Source: Promethearchaeia archaeon
GTDB lineage: Archaea; Asgardarchaeota; Lokiarchaeia; Sigyniarchaeales; SOKP01
Direction: 5' to 3'
Assembly: GCA_046497275.1 (NCBI GenBank)
Contig: JAWOFX010000089.1
Coordinates: 30,001-62,000, forward strand
DNA: 32,000 nt
In this document: positions 1 to 9,179 of the stretch, one piece after another
Numbering within the stretch: the first letter of the stretch is position 1
Layout of the letters: each line of letters opens with the position of its first letter
Notes under the pieces: generated by a model
Told to the model about the DNA's origin: nothing
What the model saw: only the letters and a program-made list of their open reading frames with translations
Database searches by the model: none
Made by a program: the position numbers and the translations under genes

Positions 1-357
1 ATAGCTAAGTAATTCTTTCCAAGAAATTAAATTTCTATAATACGCTTTTTTTTGAGAATCTACAACAAAAATAATTCCATCAACAGCTCTTAGTACTGTG
101 GGACGAGTGACTAAATAAAAATCTTGCCCAGTCGTGGTATAGAGATAAATTTTTAAAGCCCATTTTTCATTTTGAAAAGATATCGTCCCAAAATCAAAAT
201 ATAGGGTTCTTCCTATAGTACTTTCAATACTTTTTACATTCGCCTTTTTTCCGAAATGATTAAACAGAGCTTTTAAGGATGTCGTTTTTCCTGACATCGC
301 AGGTCCGTAATAAACGATTTTAATTTGGATATTTTTTTCAAATTGATTAATTATCAT
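1..357 (-). CDS. MglA-like small GTPase, 5' part (119 codons; runs off the left edge)
   Basis: Not in the ORF track; translated by hand from ATG at 357: MIINQFEKNIQIKIVYYGPAMSGKTTSL...GRTLYFDFG...LYTTTGQDFY...VDGIIFVVDSQ...WKELLSY. The G1 P-loop GPAMSGKT, the RTL(F/Y)FDF switch I and the LYTxxGQ G3 match the MglA family. The frame is open to position 1. Confidence 0.88.
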   Translation of the reverse strand, partial: MIINQFEKNIQIKIVYYGPAMSGKTTSLKALFNHFGKKANVKSIESTIGRTLYFDFGTISFQNEKWALKIYLYTTTGQDFYLVTRPTVLRAVDGIIFVVDSQKKAYYRNLISWKELLSY

Positions 358-465
358 TTTAAATATATTTGATATTTTATAATAGATTTTGACTAATCTA
401 TAAAAATCCCACCGAATCAGATTAAAATTAAAAAATAATAATAAAAAAAGTAAAAATTTAGTTAA

Positions 466-1059
466 TTATACTTCTCTCCATTTCTTACGCAAATAATAGA
501 TTCCTGCGATTAATGCGGGGATGCCTATTATAATTAATATCCAAAATGCTGACCATAATATCTTTTGAATCCAGTATACATATGGAAGAGCTCCAATATC
601 CGTCCAGAGATTTCCTTCAATGGTGATAATTATTAAGAATGCTATAAAGACAAAAAGTCCAAAAGCTCCGCTTGCGGCTCCTCCTTTGTCTTTTATTTTC
701 TCTTCTCTCCTTTCTCTTTCTCTAAATTGCTCTTTTTCCGATTCATCAAGTAGCAGCCCCCACCAAATTCCCCAAGTAATACCCATATAAGCTATTGTGG
801 GAAGTATGACAATCAAAAACTCCCATAAGGCTACCGTTAAAAACCATAGAATAATATCTCCTATAGAAAAATCGCCTATTGACGCTGATCCATAGTTGCC
901 GATTGCTGATTTCTCGATTACAAGAAAAAGTGTTAGAATAATACCAATGATTGCCCCGATTATTCCAAGTATAAATACGAGTCCAACTTTCCAATGTTTT
1001 TTCAGCATTAGTTTAATAAATGTCCAATCTTCTTTTTCGATTTCGCTCATTTTATTCAC
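466..1059 (-). CDS. Hypothetical integral membrane protein (about 4 TM, central charged loop)
   Basis: 197 aa ORF with several long hydrophobic segments flanking a charged stretch (DESEKEQFRERERREEKIKDK). No family recognised. Confidence 0.75.
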   Translation of the reverse strand: MNKMSEIEKEDWTFIKLMLKKHWKVGLVFILGIIGAIIGIILTLFLVIEKSAIGNYGSASIGDFSIGDIILWFLTVALWEFLIVILPTIAYMGITWGIWWGLLLDESEKEQFRERERREEKIKDKGGAASGAFGLFVFIAFLIIITIEGNLWTDIGALPYVYWIQKILWSAFWILIIIGIPALIAGIYYLRKKWREV

Positions 1060-1204
1060 TTATTAAATTTTTTTTTAATTTATTTAAGATTTATTGGAAT
1101 GCATTAAGATTAAAGTTTCTTTGATAAATAAAAATTGTTTATTAAAAAGATAAGTGGAGACCGAATTTTAAATATGTAGAAAAATATAGCTATGAAAAAT
1201 TAAC

Positions 1205-1585
1205 TCATTGGAAAATTAATGAATCATTTTCTATTTTGTAAGGAATTTTATTTCTTAGAATAAGTAATTCGATTTCCCTTCTTAAAATTCCCGGCTTAAG
1301 GGTGATGTTTTGTTCCTTTTCTAAAATCTTTGATAATTTATCAAACGTTATTGAACCTCTTTCTTTAGATGTATCATCTAAAACCTCTAATACCCGAGTT
1401 TGATTAAGTAAAGACTCCGAATTAGAAATTAATTGGTATAATTTATGAGTTAACGAATAATCAAATTCACCTTTTTTTTCAATCTCCTTTAGTTTATATA
1501 AAATATTCAGAGCGTCCACATATTTTTCTTCTGCCATTAGATCTTGAGCTTTTCCTAAACGCTCAATAAATTCTTTAGAATCCAT
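1205..1585 (-). CDS. Hypothetical protein, helical N-terminus plus possible winged-helix/PCI-like C-terminus
   Basis: 126 aa. The N-terminal helical pair looks TPR-like (AQDLMAEEKYVDALNILYKL). The C-terminus SITFDKLSKIL...LRREIELLILRNKIPYKIENDSLIF resembles a helix-helix-beta-hairpin winged helix. The CDS is likely real; the fold call is tentative. Confidence 0.6.
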   Translation of the reverse strand: MDSKEFIERLGKAQDLMAEEKYVDALNILYKLKEIEKKGEFDYSLTHKLYQLISNSESLLNQTRVLEVLDDTSKERGSITFDKLSKILEKEQNITLKPGILRREIELLILRNKIPYKIENDSLIFQ

Positions 1586-1789
1586 TTTTAGGCTATAATT
1601 TACTTGTTTTTTTTATATTGAATATGTATGCGTAATTCAAGAGTGTTTTAATTTTTATAATATTAATTAAATCACAAATTATATTGATATAAATAACTAT
1701 TTTGAATAAATATTCCATATTATATAAATAAAAGATTTAAAGTGTTGTTTAATTTAATTTAATTAAATAATAAAAAGTTGTGATTTAAA

Positions 1790-2017
1790 ATGGTAAATAA
1801 AGAAAAAGTAAGAGAAGTTATTGATAAGATAAGACCTTCTTTACAGAGAGATGGTGGAGACGTAGAATTGTTAGAAATAACTGATGATGGAATTGTCAAA
1901 GTACGTCTACAAGGAGCTTGTCATGGTTGTCCTCATGCAACAGTAACATTAAAGCAAGGGATCGAACGCGCTATAAAAACTTACGTTACAGGAATCAAAG
2001 AAGTAGTAAATGTATAA
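1790..2017 (+). CDS. NifU C-terminal/NfuA-like Fe-S cluster carrier
   Basis: 75 aa with [15 protein letters not shown] and GACHGCP (CxxC) motifs typical of stand-alone NifU domains. Confidence 0.92.
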   Translation: MVNKEKVREVIDKIRPSLQRDGGDVELLEITDDGIVKVRLQGACHGCPHATVTLKQGIERAIKTYVTGIKEVVNV

Positions 2018-2026
2018 TTTTTTTTT
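2018..2026 (+). terminator. Oligo(dT) tract, putative archaeal intrinsic terminator
   Basis: Nine T residues immediately after the nifU-like stop codon, with further T runs downstream. Archaeal termination at U-tracts is established, but the AT-rich background lowers specificity. Confidence 0.45.
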
Positions 2027-2280
2027 AAATTCTCTTTTTTATAAAATATATTTCTTTATATTTAATTCTTTAAGAGTTTAGTTTTTCTAATAATATTTTT
2101 GAAGAGTAATAAAATAGCAATTTAAATAATAAGGATTAAGAGAATTTTGGAATTCTTTATGTTTAAACTAAAAATTTAAAAATAGAGACTATTATATTAC
2201 CTAAGACTATATTTCAATTTTTTAATTAATAATTAAAATTGAAATATTAAGTGCTTAATTATTACTCATTAAGAATAATT

Positions 2281-2832
2281 ATGAATTATATTAAAGCTAG
2301 TCTCTGGTTTGCGGATGCTTATAGAAAATTTAATCGTTTTGAAAAGTTTTTAGAAAAAGATTCTAAAATTCTTGATATTGGAGTAGGACCAGGAACTTTA
2401 TCTTATCTTTTGAAATGCAAAGGATTTAACATTACTTCCATAGATATACAAAATTTATCTTTATTTAAAGAAATTAAAACAATAATTTATGACGGGAAAA
2501 TTATGCCGTTTTACGATAATTCTTTTGATCTAGGACTTATCTCAACTGTTTTACACCATACTCATGATCCGGAGGAGATATTAAAGGAAGGAAAAAGAGT
2601 TTCTAAGAGGCTCATCATAATTGAAGATATCTATGATAATAAATTTCAAAAGTTTATGACTTGTGTCATCGATTCTATTTCGAATTTCCAAATCTTTAAT
2701 CATCCTCATACTAATAAAACTCATTCTGATTGGCTATCATTGTTTAATAAATTGAATCTTAAAATTATTTATTGGCAAATTGACCGAGTGATGCCATTCT
2801 TAAGGCAAGCAACTTATATTTTAGAAAAGTAG
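2281..2832 (+). CDS. Class I SAM-dependent methyltransferase
   Basis: Motif I ILDIGVGPG, a YDGKIMPFYDNSFD segment and VLHH motif. ATG at 2281 is preferred over the in-frame GTG at 2251. Confidence 0.9.
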   Translation: MNYIKASLWFADAYRKFNRFEKFLEKDSKILDIGVGPGTLSYLLKCKGFNITSIDIQNLSLFKEIKTIIYDGKIMPFYDNSFDLGLISTVLHHTHDPEEILKEGKRVSKRLIIIEDIYDNKFQKFMTCVIDSISNFQIFNHPHTNKTHSDWLSLFNKLNLKIIYWQIDRVMPFLRQATYILEK

Positions 2833-2981
2833 TATTATAATTATATAGTGGTTGAAAAGAAATTTAGTGATTAAATGCTTTATTTTTCTAATCATCTTTT
2901 ATTCTATATAAAATTTTAAATCAAATAGTTAATTTGACTCTTTAACTTCATAAATGATTTTATCAATAATAATTATGTTTT

Positions 2982-3797
2982 ATGTTAATTAGTGTAATTA
3001 TCATAACTTTAAACGAAGAAAAAAATCTAAAAAAGACAATTTTAGCTGCTAGAGAATCAGCAAAATTTAATTCAAATAAATCTTTTCCAATTGAAATTAT
3101 TGTTAGCGATGGGGGATCTGAAGATAAAACAGTTGAAATTGCTAAAAAATATGCAGATAAAGTTATCAATGCTCCAAAAGGAAGAGTTAAACAATTAAAC
3201 ATAGCTGCAGAAAAAGCTAATGGAGACGTATTAGTTTTTTTACATGCAGATACACTGCTTCCGAGGACTGGATTACTTCAAATCGCTTATACTTTAAAAA
3301 AAAATCCTAAAATTATTGGGGGAGGATTTAAAAAATATTGGAATTGGCCTTCTAATATCCAACTAACAGGATTCATTAAAGCATGGAATTATTTTTTGAC
3401 TGGTTTGGGCAATTGGGGAGTGCAAATAGATAAAACTTTTCCTGGAGATAACGCTATTTTTATGAAAAAAACTGTTTTTGAGGAGATTGGAGGATTTGAT
3501 GACATCTGGATTTTGGAAGGTTTTGATCTTACTCAGAAAATGAAATATTATACTGAAAAATTATACAAATGGCCTAGATTTAGACGAAATTTGAAATCTA
3601 TAGCTTATATTCGACCCGCATTACATACCTCAACTAGAAGATTTGAAGTATATGGTTTTTTCCACATATGGATAACTTGGGGGCTTATTTATCTCTTTTG
3701 GAGAATCTTTAAATGGCCACAGTATATGATTAAATATAATTTTCAGAAATATACTATCGAACCGGAAGAAGGGAATAAGAAGATTATTAAGTTCTAA
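2982..3797 (+). CDS. GT2 glycosyltransferase, TIGR04283-like (rSAM/selenodomain-associated transferase 2)
   Basis: ISVIIITLNEE, IIVSDGGSEDKT, GRVKQLNIAA, FLHADTLLP, GD-x-AIF and TSTRRF motifs. Confidence 0.85.
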   Translation: MLISVIIITLNEEKNLKKTILAARESAKFNSNKSFPIEIIVSDGGSEDKTVEIAKKYADKVINAPKGRVKQLNIAAEKANGDVLVFLHADTLLPRTGLLQIAYTLKKNPKIIGGGFKKYWNWPSNIQLTGFIKAWNYFLTGLGNWGVQIDKTFPGDNAIFMKKTVFEEIGGFDDIWILEGFDLTQKMKYYTEKLYKWPRFRRNLKSIAYIRPALHTSTRRFEVYGFFHIWITWGLIYLFWRIFKWPQYMIKYNFQKYTIEPEEGNKKIIKF

Positions 3798-4065
3798 ATT
3801 TTTTTCTGTGTTCACCATTATATTCCCTAAGATCGATGAATTCAATTTCTTATTTTTAATCTAATTTTAAAAATTTCAGTAATCAAGTAGAAGATAAACT
3901 ATTTCAAAATAATGAATTCTTTAAAAATAAAGAACTATAATTATAATTATATTTCAAATTTCATATATAAAAATGATATAATAGAATAAAATTATAATAG
4001 CAGTGAAATTTAAACTTCATTTTTAAACAGAATATTTTCAAGAAAAAGTATTGGTGGTATATATT

Positions 4066-4671
4066 ATGGGAGAAAAAGCACTTATAATATTGATTAAAAA
4101 TCCTAGGAAAGGAGAAGTTAAAACTAGACTCGCTAAAAAAATTGGTGATGAAAAAGCATTAGAAGTTTATCTTGAGTTATTGAAACATGTAAAAGAAATC
4201 ACCGTTAATCTAGATTGTAATAAATATGTTTTTTATTCTTCCTATATAAATGAACATGACGAGTGGAATAGTCATAATTATGATAAATTCCTACAGACTG
4301 GTATCGATTTAGGAGAACGTATGAAAAACGCTTTTAAAGAAACATTGGAAAAAAATGATAAAGCACTTCTTATAGTTTCTGACTGTTATGAATTAAATTC
4401 TGAAATTATTAATACTGCTTTTGAAAAACTTGAAGAATATGATGTTGTTATTGGTCCAGACGTAGATGGAGGATATTATGCGATTGGCATGAAAGAATAT
4501 CATCCTGAACTATTTGACAATAAAAAATGGAGCACTGAAACTGTTTGTTCAGATACATTAGAAGATTCTAAAAAATTAGGTTTGAATTATTATACTCTCA
4601 AAAAACTCAGCGATATAGATAATTACGAAGATCTTAAGAAATCTTCTCTATTTAAGATAATACAAGCATAA
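4066..4671 (+). CDS. TIGR04282/DUF2064 (CofC-like) nucleotidyl/glycosyltransferase
   Basis: KNPRKGEVKTRLA, QTGIDLGERMKNAF, VIVSDC-like SDC, GPDVDGGYY, WST and DIDNYEDL motifs. ATG at 4066 is preceded by SD-like GGTGG (4053-4057); the ORF track start is TTG at 4051. Confidence 0.88.
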   Translation: MGEKALIILIKNPRKGEVKTRLAKKIGDEKALEVYLELLKHVKEITVNLDCNKYVFYSSYINEHDEWNSHNYDKFLQTGIDLGERMKNAFKETLEKNDKALLIVSDCYELNSEIINTAFEKLEEYDVVIGPDVDGGYYAIGMKEYHPELFDNKKWSTETVCSDTLEDSKKLGLNYYTLKKLSDIDNYEDLKKSSLFKIIQA

Positions 4672-4737
4672 ACGAATTTTGATAAATTAAATATTTTATT
4701 CTAATGAATTTGATTATCAATAAAGTTAATTTTTATT

Positions 4738-5253
4738 TTACAGATTTTCATATCGTTCCATAGCCTTCAAGATAAATTTCTTTGCAGTTGCTTTATTGAA
4801 CCAACCTTCTATTTTGGTTGTTTTATCTTCCTCTAATTCTTTATATCTCTTAAAGAATTGAGTTATTTCCTTTTTGAATCCCTCTTGAACATCATTTATG
4901 TCTAAAGTGTCTTCGAAAAAAGGATCGTTAAAAGGAACTGCTAAGACTTTATTATCTTCCCCTTCTTCATCCTTCATTTTTAATATACCAAGTGGTCTAA
5001 CAGTTACTATACAACGAGGATCTAAAGGAAAACGAGACCAAACCAAAACATCCAAAGCATCTCCATCTTTTGCCAATGTCCTCGGAATGAAACCATAATT
5101 TGTTGGATAAGTTAAAGAAGAGTGTAGAACTCTGTCTAAAATTAATAATTCATCATGAATTTCATATTTATTTCTAGATTCTCTTGGAATTTCAATTACA
5201 GCTCGAAAAATCTCTGGAACCTTATCTCCAATTTCTATATCGTGGTAATTCAT
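4738..5253 (-). CDS. ppa: Inorganic pyrophosphatase (family I)
   Basis: IEIPRESRNKYE, YPTNYGFIPRTL, DGDALDVLV, MKDEEGEDNK and FFKRYKELE motifs. Confidence 0.96.
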   Translation of the reverse strand: MNYHDIEIGDKVPEIFRAVIEIPRESRNKYEIHDELLILDRVLHSSLTYPTNYGFIPRTLAKDGDALDVLVWSRFPLDPRCIVTVRPLGILKMKDEEGEDNKVLAVPFNDPFFEDTLDINDVQEGFKKEITQFFKRYKELEEDKTTKIEGWFNKATAKKFILKAMERYENL

Positions 5254-5390
5254 TTTCTTGTAAGTGGTTTTAATTTTAAATCAAAGAAATAAGATTTTTG
5301 ATTTCAATTTTTAATAATCGATGAATATTATTGATTTATTTTCATAGATCTAAATCTTTCAAGGAATAAAAATATATTTTAAAAACCATA

Positions 5391-6158
5391 TCACAAACAA
5401 ATTGATATAAAATTTGTAATGATCATTTGACCGGCTATTTTAGCTTCATCAATAACACTTTCCTCCAAATATGGAGGATAACTATAATTAGCGATATGAT
5501 TTTCAGGATGAAATTGGACTGAATAGATTGGTTTCTTTTTATGCCGCATATATTGAACCGTTTCATATCCATTAATAGATAGGCTGGCAAAAATATTGAA
5601 ATATTTACTTAAATTTTTATCATTTGGTACAACATAATCTTTATGATTAAGATTCACGTGAACTTCTTGAGCAGGGATTAATTCGTCTGATTGGTTGATT
5701 TCTAACTTGTAAATATCATTATGAAGTGTTCGATAACTCATCCGTTTGACTTCGGCCCCAAAAGCATAGGCAGCTAATTGATGTCCAAAACAAATTGCTA
5801 ATATTGGTTTTTTGTATTCATGTTTAATTAAATTTATTTCTTTTTGAAATTTCTTTTTTATCTTCGGATTTTTAGTAAAGCTAGAAACATTCAAACTGGA
5901 TCCTGTTAGAATTAATCCTATACTTTTCTTTATGCTCTTAATCTCGAGATCAGAATAATGAATTGTTCTAACGTTTATTTGAGGATAATTTAGTCGAATT
6001 ATATTTTCTAAGCGAATGACTCTCTCTGGTTGATAGCCGCCAGGATAATTATTAATAATATAAATTCTTTTCTTTCTTTTCAAATAGTTAGATAAATCAT
6101 CTGTTAAATCTTTCCAATAATTTTTAATATTACCCAGAAATTTTCTAATTATACTCAT
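5391..6158 (-). CDS. Class I glutamine amidotransferase (gamma-glutamyl hydrolase/GMP-synthase-A-like)
   Basis: LILTGS oxyanion strand, nucleophile elbow ICFGHQ and His-x-Glu in QFHPE give a complete Cys-His-Glu triad. Confidence 0.88.
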   Translation of the reverse strand: MSIIRKFLGNIKNYWKDLTDDLSNYLKRKKRIYIINNYPGGYQPERVIRLENIIRLNYPQINVRTIHYSDLEIKSIKKSIGLILTGSSLNVSSFTKNPKIKKKFQKEINLIKHEYKKPILAICFGHQLAAYAFGAEVKRMSYRTLHNDIYKLEINQSDELIPAQEVHVNLNHKDYVVPNDKNLSKYFNIFASLSINGYETVQYMRHKKKPIYSVQFHPENHIANYSYPPYLEESVIDEAKIAGQMIITNFISICL

Positions 6159-6201
6159 TTAATTCATTACTCTCTTTCTATTTTTGATTAAATTTAAGAT
6201 T

Positions 6202-7665
6202 TTAAAATCCTAATCCACCAAAAAGACGCCTAGTTAAATAATCAGTTTGCGATAATGTATTGAGAATTCTATCATCTTCCTGCAAAGGAATTTTCAAGCC
6301 TTGAACTTCTAAAGTATTGATCACAGAGATGTTTCTAAAAGTAGTCACAATTCCATCTTTCTCTTCATATTCTAAATTATAATCACTAGAAAGATTTCCA
6401 TGGATTCTTGCTCCTCCTTTTATTCGATATTTGTTTCCATTATCATCAGAAACGATTCTTGAGTCTCCTAATCTCACTTCAGCATAACTCTGTCCTCTTC
6501 TGCGAAGTTTTTCAATCTCCTTGGTTCTAAAATTAATACTCAACTCCTTTTGAAGGGTTTCTTTCTTAAATTTTTTTACAGGCAAAGATTCAATTGTAAC
6601 CCCTAAATATTTTTGAAATTTATCAATTTTGTTATACCATCTTTTTATACTATCTGATATTGACTCATTAGAATTATTCTTTCTTTTAAATATCGCATTA
6701 CGTCCATTTTCAACTGCAGCTTTAACATTTGTTTCATGGTATGGATCTATTAATATTTTACCAGTAGAATTGAGAAAAAGTGCGTGATATGCCGATGCAC
6801 AACATAAATAAGCCAAATCCAAGAGATCTCTTATATCTTGTTGTACATCTATTATTCTAACTTCCACCCTATTTCTTGAAGGGGATTCATCCTTATCATC
6901 CCCAACGTTTGTGGAAGGTCCTCGGGGAGATATATCGACTAGTCTAGCCCCACGTGAATTTGCGATAACACTTTTCTCAAATTCGTCCTCACCTGAACCA
7001 ATCCTAAGATTATATCGCAATCGTCCGTAATATTGCATTTGTACAAGCGCGGGACCTTTTTCTGGTTGCTTAAATTTAGCAGGACCATTCGGTTTCAGCA
7101 CATTACTTTTTGCATATCTATTGCATGCAATACCTGTTTTCTCACCTTGATAAATGGGAGAATTTGCTGAGATCCCAATAATTTCTGGAAGATAATTCCA
7201 TAAATAATTATATACTGTTTTTAATTCATTTGGCTTCATAACATAATTTTTTTCATGTATTGAGATATTTATGTGAGTACCAACGATAGGATTAGGATTA
7301 CTTTGAATTGGATGTAAACTCTGGGCGAAAATTTTCAGTCCAAGTTTTGAGGCTGCCTCAACTAACAAATTTCTTCCCATCTTTACAGCATCTTCTAAAT
7401 CTTTAGGAGGTAAGGGCAGGGTCACATATTCTATCTGAGACGGAGAAGGTTCAGCATCTAAACTTCTAATTTTCAATTTAAGAGTTTCGAGAAGATTTTC
7501 ATCTTTATCAAGCAATTTAGCAGCTTGTTCCATGATATCATCGGCTGCTTCTCTTAAAGTACCATCCTTACTGATAATAAAGAATTCTTCTTCAATCCCA
7601 CATAAAACCTCATAATTATTATAAAGAAAATCTTCTTTATCTTGAGTTTTTTCATCGGAAAACAT
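6202..7665 (-). CDS. Glutamate-cysteine ligase family 2 (GCS2/YbdK-like carboxylate-amine ligase) with C-terminal extension
   Basis: GIEEEFFII, QIEYVT, GTHINISI, ANSPIYQG and VEVRIID motifs of the GS/GCS2 fold, plus about 110 extra C-terminal residues. Confidence 0.8.
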   Translation of the reverse strand: MFSDEKTQDKEDFLYNNYEVLCGIEEEFFIISKDGTLREAADDIMEQAAKLLDKDENLLETLKLKIRSLDAEPSPSQIEYVTLPLPPKDLEDAVKMGRNLLVEAASKLGLKIFAQSLHPIQSNPNPIVGTHINISIHEKNYVMKPNELKTVYNYLWNYLPEIIGISANSPIYQGEKTGIACNRYAKSNVLKPNGPAKFKQPEKGPALVQMQYYGRLRYNLRIGSGEDEFEKSVIANSRGARLVDISPRGPSTNVGDDKDESPSRNRVEVRIIDVQQDIRDLLDLAYLCCASAYHALFLNSTGKILIDPYHETNVKAAVENGRNAIFKRKNNSNESISDSIKRWYNKIDKFQKYLGVTIESLPVKKFKKETLQKELSINFRTKEIEKLRRRGQSYAEVRLGDSRIVSDDNGNKYRIKGGARIHGNLSSDYNLEYEEKDGIVTTFRNISVINTLEVQGLKIPLQEDDRILNTLSQTDYLTRRLFGGLGF

Positions 7666-7905
7666 CTTGTTTCAAACTCCTATAGATTGTATAATCAAAC
7701 TATTTATTGCTAAAAAGGTTTCATTTTAAAAATTATAAAAAATTTGATTCAAATTGATTGAAAAAACCAGATTTCTGGAAAACATAAATTCTTGAGTTTA
7801 ATATAAAAATCAAAATTAAGATTGAGGATTAGATTATGTATATAATTGATTAACTTAATTAAAAATTGAGATTTAATAATATTAAACACAAATTTTTAGA
7901 ATAAA

Positions 7906-9171
7906 ATGGACAAAGAAGAAGAAAACGAAAACGAAATAACAGATTCTTCAGAGGAAGAAAAAACCTTAATTGAAAAATTGAAGAATAAAATAAGTAACAA
8001 AAAACCTAAGAAAAGTTCACAAACACAAATACTACAAGAAAAATTAAATCTTGAACCCGGAACACTAGAGAATATTGAAAAGAAATTATTTGTCGCACGT
8101 TTTATTGATTATTTTTCAGAAGAGACATTTGATTTTATTTACAGAGATAAAGAGATGAAAAAATATCTGGAACAAATTAATCAAATTTTAGGAAACGTCT
8201 CGGATAAAACACAGGAGGACATACTTTTAAACCAGAGTTTTGAGAATAAGCAAATTAATTTCATTCTTGAACAGTTAAAAGAAAAAGCAGAAGAAAGCGC
8301 TTCAGAAAAAGGTATTAACAAATCTATAGACAAAAGAATGCGAAATTTAAGTATCTACATAAGTATCCCAATGTTAGTTTTAATATTTGGATTATCTTTT
8401 TTCATAGATTACTTTATTCTCTTTCCGATTCTATGTGTCTTTTGTATGGCTCCTAACATCATAAAAAGTTATTTGGTAAAAAAGTGGCAAACATTCAAAG
8501 AAGAAAATAAAATGGATTTCTATACAAATAATCGAGAGGACATTATGATACTTAAAGGATTCGTTGAGGATATTCTAGAAAATGTTCGCTCAAAACTTTT
8601 AGAATTGAAAATACCACTACAGTTGATAAAATTCGTACTACATAGTAGAGATTATGAAAATCTAGAAGTCATTAATCAAAAAGCTCAAAAAGGAACAACT
8701 CAATTTTTCGTTCAATTTGTATATCCTGAGGGAGTTGAACCATTTCCAATACCTGAATCATTAGCTCAAAAATATGAATCTAATGAACAGGCTTTAGAAG
8801 AAATTCCAGAAAAGAATTTTATAGTTTTTAAAAATGTAAAAGCAAAAGATGGTATAATTGATAGTTTTGTTCCAACATTAAAGGATAATTTAGCAGATGA
8901 AATTAATGATATTTTAAATAAATGCGAGTTTACAAAAGCCACTGATGACGAGAGTATTATTCTTCCCAATTACAGTCCCGAAATGGCAATATATTGTATG
9001 TGTGGAGAGATTGTAGAAATAGATAATGTTCAAGTTTGCAACTGGAAAAACGAGTTTAAATTTTACCTTTTTGAAGGAAAGGAATGCGATTGCGGTGAGA
9101 AAGTATATGCATTATCATTAATGGACAAAGAGCAAGAAATTCCCGAAGAATTGGAAAACATTTTTACTTAA
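7906..9171 (+). CDS. Hypothetical membrane-anchored protein with C-terminal Cys motifs
   Basis: 421 aa: charged helical N-terminus, a two-TM hairpin around residues 150-186, and a C-terminal CMC...CDC motif pair. Confidence 0.75.
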   Translation: MDKEEENENEITDSSEEEKTLIEKLKNKISNKKPKKSSQTQILQEKLNLEPGTLENIEKKLFVARFIDYFSEETFDFIYRDKEMKKYLEQINQILGNVSDKTQEDILLNQSFENKQINFILEQLKEKAEESASEKGINKSIDKRMRNLSIYISIPMLVLIFGLSFFIDYFILFPILCVFCMAPNIIKSYLVKKWQTFKEENKMDFYTNNREDIMILKGFVEDILENVRSKLLELKIPLQLIKFVLHSRDYENLEVINQKAQKGTTQFFVQFVYPEGVEPFPIPESLAQKYESNEQALEEIPEKNFIVFKNVKAKDGIIDSFVPTLKDNLADEINDILNKCEFTKATDDESIILPNYSPEMAIYCMCGEIVEIDNVQVCNWKNEFKFYLFEGKECDCGEKVYALSLMDKEQEIPEELENIFT

Positions 9172-9179
9172 TTTTGTTT

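Noticed and set aside
2251-4671. Possible selenocysteine readthrough in the selenodomain-associated cluster
   Set aside because: These ORFs are complete and end in TAG or TAA; no in-frame TGA extension was seen.
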